A DNA stretch of 64,000 bases from Eledone cirrhosa (lineage: Eukaryota): the NCBI GenBank assembly GCA_964016885.1, contig OZ024743.1:101928001-101992000 (forward strand). The letters run 5' to 3'. Shown one piece after another: positions 11,107-20,767 of the stretch. Each line of letters opens with the position of its first letter. Position 1 is the stretch's first letter. The notes under the pieces are model-generated. The model saw nothing but the letters and a program-made list of their open reading frames with translations, was not told the origin of the DNA and did no database searches. The position numbers were made by a program, and so were the translations under genes.

Positions 11107-14100
11107 ATTCATCGCCGCTATGGCATTAGCTTGTGCCAAGCTGAAAGGTTATTGAAAGACACTGTTTTCTGTTATATAAAAACTACAATAACAACAGAAC
11201 AAATCCGCTTCTTAAAACACTGTGTTTCCTCCAAAACATACACAACAAACATATCAAAACAAGTAAATAATTTATTATTGAACAAAACACAAGCTGAACG
11301 GCTAAAACACACAATAACAGTTAATATGAAAAGAACAACATACACAAAAGTCAACGCACTCTACAGACAAAAACGCATCAACGGTAAGGAAATCCGAAAT
11401 CTCATCACAGCAAACGAGAGAGATGACTTCATGAGCGTCATCCGACGCGAAACGAAATATGCTCAAAACGAATGCTGTAGGCATTTCAAGAAGAAATTAG
11501 AATGGATGAATAAGAAAAAACTACAAGAAAGGAAAATCGAATATTCTCAAAAATACCCAGATAACATCGACAACATCCGTATGAGTGATGTAAAACTACC
11601 GGAAGAATTTACCAATGACCACACAGTAAATATCTATGGGAACACTTTAATCAGTGAACAAGAACAACAAATCCTAAAGTTACCACCAAAATTTGCCATC
11701 TACAAAAAGATTAATCCTATGGAATGCAAAACGGAGCTGGAAAAGTGTTTCACAAAAATACGTTGGAATGCAAAGGTAAACAACAACAACAATAATAACG
11801 GTAGTAGTAATATAAACAATAACTCTGGGTATAGAAATAACAGCCATAACCATAACAATGGCAGGAAAGTGAGAAATAGTGGTAATGGTAATAATACTAG
11901 CGATAGACAGAACAACAACAACCACAATAATAATAATAATAGAAACGTTAACCACAGACACAGCAACAGTGACCACAGTAGTAATAACGGTAACAATACG
12001 AACAACAACAACAACAATAACCACAGTGGTAATAATGGAAATAGTACATGTAGCAACATCAACAAAAACAAGAAACATAATAATAGTAACAACCACAGTG
12101 GTAGAAATAGCAGTAACAACAACAATAACGGTGAAGTAAACAACAATACATCTAGCAATCATAACAATAATAATATTAATGCTAAGGATAGAAACAACAA
12201 CAACCACCATGATAACAATAATAGCAACACACACAACTATGACGATAGAAATAACGACAACCCCTTAGAGAAACTATTTTTCAACCCAGCTGACAAAACA
12301 TATAAGATGGGTAATATCTATCCTACGAGGTTACCCTTTAATAAAAGAGTTTGCATACCACAACAAATAGATGACGAGACGGAGGCACAGTTCACCATAG
12401 CTAGAAATAAGATTAGACAAGTAGTAGACAGGTACACTATGAGACAGAGCAGACCAGAGGCCCAACAACTTGGGATAAAACCTGTAGAAGGCTTGGTTAG
12501 CCTCAAGCAGCGCACAAGGGATGGTGAGGTAGTGTGTCTACCCACAGATAAGTCTGGTAGGATGTCAATAGATAGCATGCCGAACTACATCGAGGCAATG
12601 CAACCCCACATCACCAACACGAGCGAAGTTGCACAACTAACACACGATGGGAGAGAAAAAATCCTCAACGCTCACATGATGATGTGGACTGACATCCTAA
12701 AGCCAAGCAGACGCACTGCCAACAACTTCCAGGCGTCTAACAATGGCATACCACCCTTGTATGGGCTCCGCAAAGACCACAAGACAGTCGACGACCCGAC
12801 AATAGGACCACCAACAAGACCTGTATGCGGAGCTAATATAGCTAGCAACTACAGGATCTCCTACTTCCTCTCAATGGTTATACGCCCCATAATCAAGATG
12901 TCCCCAGATGTATGTGAAAGTACAGAGGACCTCCTCAGCAGAATCAGTGAGTGCAACAAAAACAGGAGCCTATCCAACTGCATAATAGGCAGCATGGATG
13001 TGGTGTCACTGTACCCATCCATTAACATTGATTTTGCTGTGAAAAGATGTGTGGAGATGATCATTGAGAGTGAGGTGGAGTTCTGCGACGTCGACACAGA
13101 CGAACTGGGCCTCCTACTTAGACTTACCTACGACACTGACTACCTAGACAGCCATGACCTTAGATGTTTCTGCCCTAGTAGACCTATAAGAGGTAGACCC
13201 CCCACCATAACCTCAATGGCTAAAAAGACTCCCATAGGAAGGTGGATTGGGTGGACCAAAGCTATACGGACCCCCCAAAACACTGATCAGGTAAGAAAAA
13301 TGGTCGCACATGCAATAGGGGCTAGTATCAAAACTACCCTAAAGGGCCACATATTTAAGTTCAATGAGAAAATCTACACCCAAAATGAGGGAGCAGCCAT
13401 CGGCGTCAGCATAGCTGGCGATGTTGCCAACCTTTTCATGGTATGGTGGGAAAGGAGACTTAAAGATCTCCTTAATGAAAGCTCCATAGACCTCATCATG
13501 TACTCTCGTTATGTAGACGATATCAATATAGTTATAAGAACACCCCCACTAGAGAGCACTAACAAGTTTGATTTAGAACGTAGCACGATGGAAAGCATCC
13601 AGCAGATAGCTAATTCCATACACCAGAGTATAACTGTAACTATAGACTTCCCTTCCAAACACCCTAACAATAGACTACCTGTATTAGACACAGAACTCTG
13701 GATTAACACTATAGACGAGAGAGCCCAAATTCTCCACTCACACTATGCTAAACCCATGGCCTCCAAATACCTGATACTCAAAAACTCAGCAATGTCCAGT
13801 AGTGCTAAGTTTAATATTCTGATCGCAGATTTGGTACGAGTGATGAAGAATGTGTCCAGCATGTGCGACCCAACAGAAATGGAAGGACACATCCAACACT
13901 TCATCAACCGCATGCAGTTCTCTGGCTACAACCAAAGAGACAGAGTCAGAGTATACGAAGGAGCCATGGAAAAGTATAAGACCCTCATAGAACTGGACAT
14001 GAAAGGAATTTGCCCACTATACAGGAGCAAATCATGGAATAGCTTAGATAGGGCTAGACATAAGATAGGGAAGGCCACATCATGGTACGACAACCAGAGA

Positions 14101-14667
14101 TATCAGAGTGTCATGTTTGTGGACGCCACCCCTGGAGGGAAATTAGCTAACCAGTGTAGAAAGGCCCTGAGAAAGACCCACTTAAAAATAAAGGTGGTAG
14201 AAAAGCCAGGAACCACCATAAAATCCCTGATCAGCAAAACCTACCCTTTTAAGAAAACCCACTGTACCAATAGGAAATGTATCATATGTAAGGTGAACCC
14301 CCGGATAAACTGTAAAACTAGAAACGTAGTCTATAGCATAAGATGTACAGAGGGTACTTGCAGAAACACGACAACAACATACATAGGTGAGACAGCTCGT
14401 AGCATAGGTGAAAGGATAGACCAACACTGGGGGGAACTAAAAGGACGAAAAAACGGGTCAGTACTATACGAACATGCTAGACAACATCATGACGGTAACA
14501 TAGACAACATAGAAATTAGAATAATATCTAAACATAGGAATGACCCAGCAGATAGGCAAATCAGAGAGGCCAGTGAAATAGAAATTAGAAGACCAAAGCT
14601 AAACAGAAAGAATGAGTGGAACAACAACAACACCCAAACAAACAACACTGACCTAAGAGAAGTATAA
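11038..14667 (+). CDS. PLE polyprotein: reverse transcriptase + C-terminal GIY-YIG endonuclease (1209 aa)
   Basis: Uninterrupted ORF; PTDKSG, LYGLRKDHK, TRPVCG, GSMDVVSLYPSI, YTQNEGAAIG, YSRYVDDI, LPVLD, Cys-rich linker, NVVYSIRC...YIGETARSIGERIDQH. Confidence 0.96.
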   Translation: MTLPKYNNICFDTRFHIKNLAKLIHRRYGISLCQAERLLKDTVFCYIKTTITTEQIRFLKHCVSSKTYTTNISKQVNNLLLNKTQAERLKHTITVNMKRTTYTKVNALYRQKRINGKEIRNLITANERDDFMSVIRRETKYAQNECCRHFKKKLEWMNKKKLQERKIEYSQKYPDNIDNIRMSDVKLPEEFTNDHTVNIYGNTLISEQEQQILKLPPKFAIYKKINPMECKTELEKCFTKIRWNAKVNNNNNNNGSSNINNNSGYRNNSHNHNNGRKVRNSGNGNNTSDRQNNNNHNNNNNRNVNHRHSNSDHSSNNGNNTNNNNNNNHSGNNGNSTCSNINKNKKHNNSNNHSGRNSSNNNNNGEVNNNTSSNHNNNNINAKDRNNNNHHDNNNSNTHNYDDRNNDNPLEKLFFNPADKTYKMGNIYPTRLPFNKRVCIPQQIDDETEAQFTIARNKIRQVVDRYTMRQSRPEAQQLGIKPVEGLVSLKQRTRDGEVVCLPTDKSGRMSIDSMPNYIEAMQPHITNTSEVAQLTHDGREKILNAHMMMWTDILKPSRRTANNFQASNNGIPPLYGLRKDHKTVDDPTIGPPTRPVCGANIASNYRISYFLSMVIRPIIKMSPDVCESTEDLLSRISECNKNRSLSNCIIGSMDVVSLYPSINIDFAVKRCVEMIIESEVEFCDVDTDELGLLLRLTYDTDYLDSHDLRCFCPSRPIRGRPPTITSMAKKTPIGRWIGWTKAIRTPQNTDQVRKMVAHAIGASIKTTLKGHIFKFNEKIYTQNEGAAIGVSIAGDVANLFMVWWERRLKDLLNESSIDLIMYSRYVDDINIVIRTPPLESTNKFDLERSTMESIQQIANSIHQSITVTIDFPSKHPNNRLPVLDTELWINTIDERAQILHSHYAKPMASKYLILKNSAMSSSAKFNILIADLVRVMKNVSSMCDPTEMEGHIQHFINRMQFSGYNQRDRVRVYEGAMEKYKTLIELDMKGICPLYRSKSWNSLDRARHKIGKATSWYDNQRYQSVMFVDATPGGKLANQCRKALRKTHLKIKVVEKPGTTIKSLISKTYPFKKTHCTNRKCIICKVNPRINCKTRNVVYSIRCTEGTCRNTTTTYIGETARSIGERIDQHWGELKGRKNGSVLYEHARQHHDGNIDNIEIRIISKHRNDPADRQIREASEIEIRRPKLNRKNEWNNNNTQTNNTDLREV

Positions 14668-15248
14668 ATAAATAAGTAAATTAAATTAAATAAAATAAGA
14701 TAAATAAATACATACACAAGCACATAAACACACACTAGTCACCCAGCAGACAACACTATACACACTAGTCACACATCACACATCACACATAACACTATAC
14801 ACACACGCAAACGCATGCGCAAAGAAGACAAAATAAAATAAGATAAACAAACAAGCAAATAAATAAATAAATATATAGACAGACTGAACAAAAAAAAAAC
14901 AAAAAAAAAAATGGCGTAGACATACAACACAACAGGAGGAACAATGAATATAACACCACTGACGATGTTGCAGATGTGCAACGAAAGATTTATGTAAACT
15001 ATATATATATGTGTTTGTCTATATTGTATCTGTATTATTTTTGACCGCCGGTCAGTCAATGGCAACATTGAGGACCGAGTAAGTTAGATCGCAGATATAT
15101 ATATATAAAAGACAGCGAGAAGCGAAAACCAACCAAACAGTGAGTGTGTTCTGTTATTAATTCTGGCAATATTACGCAAATATGACCCTCCCCAAATATA
15201 ACAATATCTGTTTCGACACACGATTTCATATAAAAAACCTCGCAAAAC

Positions 15249-15250
<2 letters not shown>
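14263..15250 (+). repeat. 3' pseudo-LTR of the PLE
   Basis: Appears identical to 10119-11106; ends AAACTA running into (TA)n. Confidence 0.95.
14948..15005 (+). ncRNA. Hammerhead ribozyme motif in 3' pLTR
   Basis: Same sequence as 10804-10861; CTGACGA 14959-14965, GAAA 14983-14986. Confidence 0.8.
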
Positions 15251-15279
<29 letters not shown>

Positions 15280-15341
15280 TATATGATATATATATATATG
15301 TATATATATATATGTATATATATATATGTATATATATATGC

Positions 15342-15403
<62 letters not shown>

Positions 15404-15404
15404 G

Positions 15405-15439
<35 letters not shown>

Positions 15440-15441
15440 GC

Positions 15442-15601
<160 letters not shown>

Positions 15602-15760
15602 TTCGTTGACAAATATATCAATATGCCCAGACATGTAGATATATTGCCCTTGGAATGACAGTGTGGTTTTAGCTCCATGTAGGATAACTAGTATACTACA
15701 GAGCGATTATAGTTATAGGTGACGCAGCTCGATAGAGCATGCAACTACTGATATACTGAT

Positions 15761-15812
15761 ATAGGCTCTGAAGAATCCTGCCATGGTATATGGATGAAAC
15801 ACTGTTAGCTAA
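15761..15812 (+). ncRNA. Minimal type I hammerhead ribozyme motif
   Basis: GGCT-CTGAAGA (15768-15774), ATCC...GGAT, GAAA (15796-15799), ACA-C-TGT, T, AGCT; in TA-flanked island 15601-15856. Confidence 0.78.
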
Positions 15813-15851
15813 TAAAACAATGTATTTCTAAGCACTCTCTGGTTATTCCTA

Positions 15852-15891
<40 letters not shown>

Positions 15892-16227
15892 AAATATAGA
15901 GTTATAAAATCAAACAGTCCTTTACAATTAAATAGCTCAAAGAAAGAAATATTTCTGAGCCGTGAAATACAAGTTAATATAAATTAATGTATATGATAAA
16001 CACTAATACAATTGTATAAGTGTTTGTATTGTAAATGACCAAGTTAGCTAGATTGAAAAATACTAATTATATTAATACAGTTTGCCTGTCTCGACTTAAA
16101 ATAATAAATCAATAAAAACAAACCCATATTGGCAATAGCCGTGGTACTTTGACAAATTTAAATTTCAAAATCCAAACCTATTCCGTAGATAAGTTTAAAC
16201 TTCAAAATCCAAATAAGTTTCGATAAT

Positions 16228-16383
16228 TGAAAAAGTGAAAAAAGTGAAAAAAAGTGAAAAAATGAAAAACATGTGAAAAAAAGTGAAAAAAAGTGAAAAA
16301 AATGAAAAAAAGTGAAAAAAAGTGAAAAAAAGTGAAAAAAAGTGAAAAAAAGTGAAAAAAAGTGAAAAAATGAAAAAAAAAAA
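16228..16383. repeat. About 10-bp minisatellite (GTGAAAAAAA)n
   Basis: Direct reading. Confidence 0.9.
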
Positions 16384-16523
16384 TATATATATAAGGAAAA
16401 TATATATAAGGAAAAGAAATCGAAAATGAAACTGCACACTTTTTAAGAATATTTACCGGTTCCACAGTTCTTATGCTTTTCAAAAGTTAAATGTAAATGG
16501 AGGGTTTGTGGTTTGTCTCGCAT

Positions 16524-16567
<44 letters not shown>

Positions 16568-16571
<4 letters not shown>

Positions 16572-16691
16572 AAAAGGAGCCGTGTGGTTACTAAATATAT
16601 ATATATATATATATATATAAACAAAAGGAGCCGTGTGGTTACTAAATATATATATATATATATATATAAACAAAAGGAGCCGTGTGGTTAC

Positions 16692-16731
<40 letters not shown>

Positions 16732-17214
16732 GTAACCACACGGCTCCTTTTGTTTCATATCATTTTGTATTTACCGCTCTGAGCCTCCCTGCTTTGGTCG
16801 ATCTGTGTTCCGTCCCCACTTTCGCATCGACCCTCCCTTCTCTCTTCCCTTCTCCTCCTCACTCTCATTTTTTTCTTTCTCCCTTCCTCCCTCTCTCTAT
16901 CCATCCGTTCGGTTCTGATTGTTTACATGGTTACACGTGTCGTGGGGGGCTTCTCTGTTCGCAATTTTTGCGACACGTTTTTACCACCGTCGTAAAAAAA
17001 AACCCTTCTGGATTATCACCCTTTCCCTTCTCCTCCTCACTTTTGGCAGAGCTCAAGCCGTTTCGACGGCTATTTCAGTCCAGAAATAGCCGTCGAAACG
17101 GCTTGAGCTCTGTCGTCGGGGTCAAACATTTTCCTATTACCCACTCTACTACCCTAAGTATTGATTAGTCTGGTGCGTTATGGTCCAACTGGTTCCTTAC
17201 CACACTTCCTTCGT

Positions 17215-17215
<1 letters not shown>
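16568..17215 (+). mobile_element. TA-embedded non-autonomous repeat, probably PLE-derived, with triplicated inverted 29-mer at its left end and an internal 30-bp-arm hairpin
   Basis: AAACAAAAGGAGCCGTGTGGTTACTAAAT x3 (16568, 16619, 16668) plus reverse complement at 16727-16755; hairpin 17047-17112; 17090-17215 is homologous to 33362-33490. Confidence 0.65.
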
Positions 17216-17247
<32 letters not shown>

Positions 17248-17363
17248 AGTTAAGAACTCAGGGTAGTCTCTTACACCCTAGCAAATTTTGGTCCTTACGA
17301 TTCGAACACATGTATGTTTATAGTAGTGTTCATATCTCTTGCTTATTCCATTATATTATCGGT

Positions 17364-17909
17364 GGATTGGCAGTATCGGTAGAGTATCGGACGCCATGCT
17401 TTCCAGCATAGTTACGTCCCTTTACGATCTGAGTTCAAATCCCGCCGAGGTTGACTTTGCCTTTCATCCTTACGGGGTCGATAAAATAAAGTACCAGTAA
17501 TGCACTGCGTTATTACTGGCCTTGTGCCTAGAGTAGAAACACTTATATTATATGCAGTATCGGTAGAGAGTCGGATGCCATGTTTTCCAGCATAGATACG
17601 TCCTTTTACGGTCTCAGTTCAAATCCCGCCGAGGTTTACTTTGCCTTTCATCCTTACGGGGTCGATAAAATAAAGTACCAGTAATGCACTGCGTTATTAC
17701 TGGCCTTGTGCCTAGAGTAGAAACACTTATATTATATGCAGTATCGGTAGAGAGTCGGATGCCATGTTTTCCAGCATAGATACGTCCTTTTACGGTCTCA
17801 GTTCAAATCCCGCCGAGGTTTACTTTGCCTTTCATCCTTACGGGGTCGATAAAATAAAGTACCAGTAATGCACTGGGTAATTGTTGGCCTTGTGCCTAAA
17901 GTAGAAACA
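17364..17909 (+). mobile_element. Tandem trimer of a tRNA-derived SINE (184-bp period)
   Basis: A-box-like TGGCAGTATCGG, B-box GTTCAAATCC and core GCCTTTCATCCTTACGGGGTCGATAAAATAAAGTACCAG; units start at 17371, 17555 and 17739. Confidence 0.92.
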
Positions 17910-17911
17910 AT

Positions 17912-17955
<44 letters not shown>

Positions 17956-18084
17956 AATCAGGAAAGAAGGTTTTTAATCTCCTAAGACTACACCTAAGTG
18001 GACTACATATAACAATCATGTGTTACCCCATATATATATATATATATATAAATATATATACACGTTTTATTAAGGCTAAATAGT

Positions 18085-18137
18085 GAGTCGTTTTACTCAG
18101 GAGTTTCGCCTCTTTTTTACAGTGTCATCAGACAAGA
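18085..18137 (-). ncRNA. Degenerate hammerhead motif
   Basis: Minus strand CTGATGA...GAAA-CTC-CT-GAG-TA; stems I and II eroded. Confidence 0.55.
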
Positions 18138-18314
18138 ACATTTATATACATGCTGATAGGGAGGTTGATGGTAAAATGTGAATGTCGGTCGCGATGGTGT
18201 TGACAATAGTAGCAACAAGCATGAAGCAACTCCAAAATCTGTAACTGAAGTAACGGCAACTGTAACTACACGTTATTATGTGGAGGAGAAAACAATGTGT
18301 CAAGATTGTCAGGA

Positions 18315-19255
18315 CATAGTATGGTCGAATGGTAAAGGTGTTCGCTTTTGAATGATTAGGTCCCTGGGTCACCCCTTCTGCGTGGTCTCTTGTAGACTCA
18401 GTAGGGTAGAACGGTACAATAGTTCGATTTGTAACGATTACGTCATGTGTTCAATATCTCTGCTTGCCATCTTGTGGACGCCGCAGGGCTGGATGTTTAC
18501 GAATGTTGTTTCACAATTTTGTATCAAGGGCTGTGCCCCAACATCAAGGGCAGTGCCCCAGCATGGCCTCAGCCGGATGGCTGGAACAGGTACAAGAGTA
18601 AAAGAGTAATCATTAGATCAAACCTACAGTATAGACCTTGGCAAGTGTTATTTAGTATACCCTCAGCTCGACCTATGCCTTGTGAGTGAAATTTTGTAGA
18701 TGGAAACTGTTTGGAAGCCCAAAGAATTGGCTGTATCTGTTTTCAACAGGTTAACCTTGTCACACAATGTGTCATACTGAATCCATGGGACTGTCAAATG
18801 CTCAGTCACTTGCAAGTTAATTTCACAAAGAGGCTGATCCATTGATCGAATAACTGGAATACTCATCGTTGAAACCGATGGAAGCCCATCTTTCCGTCCA
18901 TAATATTTATCAGTAAGTATAACAAAAATACATTAGACATACACACGAACGATGTGTGTCGGGCCTCTGCCATTTCCGACGACGTGTGTTCCTGTTTGAA
19001 CAACGAAACAGCCTGCTCATAAAATGTTTATATACGTGAATGAGTATTCTACAAGTGCGTAGTATATTCTTACCGTAATTCTCAGGGTGATTCAGTGTAA
19101 CTGTGTGACATGGATGGCTCTTTGAATTACAGGTACAACTCAATTTTTGCCAGCTGACTGGACTGGAGCAACATGGAATAAAGTATCTCGCTCAAGGATA
19201 CAACGCACCGCCTGGAATGGTGCTCATGACTCTATTCACCCAGGCAAGTGCCTTC
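18315..19255. mobile_element. Cluster of old SINE relics of other families
   Basis: tRNA-like head TGGTCGAATGGTAAAG, CORE-like ACCTTGGCAAGTG, and GGAGCAAC..AATAAAGT.TCT.GCTCAAGGA motif that recurs near 35920, 56830 (reverse) and 58950. Confidence 0.55.
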
Positions 19256-19581
19256 ACAAACACTTTCATACACATATTTACAGACGCATACACACATGAG
19301 CAAACGAATATACGCACATGTGTGTAAATAGTCTTACGGAAACATTGACATCAACTAGTAAATAAACATATATACACTCACATCATACTCATAGCATGCA
19401 CGCGTAACATTCATTGTCGCACAACACACACACACACACATACCTCCCCCCACACACACACGCACACACACACACACACACAGACAGACACGCACGCACA
19501 CAGACACGCACACACACACACAGACACGCACACATACATACACGCACACACACACACACACACAGACACGCACGCACACAG

Positions 19582-19618
<37 letters not shown>

Positions 19619-19929
19619 CACACATACATACACGCACACACACACACACGCACACACACATAGACACGCACACACACAGACACAGGCACACACACACAAA
19701 TAGAAAATGAAATAATGAAATAGAAAATGAAAGGGAAATACAGAGAGCGTAGAAGACATTGCGAGATGACAAGAGCGAGAGAACGGGAGAGAGAGAGAAT
19801 GTGTGTGTGTGTGAGAGAGAGGGGGGGGGGCGGAGAGAGATGGGGGTTGTGACAGAGAGGTTATGAGATGACAAGAACGGAAGAAAGAGTGAGCGAAAGA
19901 AGGATAGAAAGCAGAAAGGAGTTGACTTA

Positions 19930-19985
<56 letters not shown>

Positions 19986-20153
19986 AAGAAAGAGAGAGAG
20001 GGAGGGGGGGGGAGAAAGAGGAGAAAGATAGATAGAGAGAGAGAGAGCGAGCCAGATAGAGAGATGGTGTCGGAGAGGTTATGAGGTGATAAACACGGGA
20101 GAAAGAGTGAGAGAAAGAAGGAGAGAAAGCAGAAAGGGGCTGAGTTAACGAGT

Positions 20154-20195
<42 letters not shown>

Positions 20196-20513
20196 AAGAG
20201 ATGTAGAGAGATGTAAAGAGAAAAATAACGGGATGTAGAAAATATAGATAAAGGGATTTAGAAAGAAATAGAAAGAGGGCGATATAGAGGACATGTTTAG
20301 ATATAGTTGTTTAGTTATATAAGACAGACACGATAAATTTGTAGTAGCAACAGCTAAAAAAACAACAACCACAACAACAGGAATAACAACAACATAAGGA
20401 GAAAATCTATTTAATACTGTACGTTTATGAACACAAACTCACACACACAAACATCGCTTTCTGTCTCTATCTATCCGCCTATTTATCTATCTCTCTCTCT
20501 CTCCCTCTCCCTG

Positions 20514-20546
<33 letters not shown>

Positions 20547-20615
20547 CTATCTATGTATCTATCTATCCTCAGAGAGTAAATGTTTTTATGCGTACGTTCA
20601 TACACAAACACCCAC

Positions 20616-20673
<58 letters not shown>

Positions 20674-20706
20674 GTGTCTGCCTGTCTATTTATTGGTCTG
20701 CCTGTG

Positions 20707-20767
<61 letters not shown>

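Noticed and set aside
11038-14760. Selenocysteine recoding / SECIS in the PLE
   Set aside because: No in-frame TGA in the ORF and no clear SECIS after the TAA stop.
16568-16755. CRISPR-like array of 29-bp repeats
   Set aside because: Spacers are only (TA)n, context is eukaryotic and there are no cas genes.
17364-17450. tRNA gene
   Set aside because: A/B boxes belong to a multi-copy SINE head; no cloverleaf.
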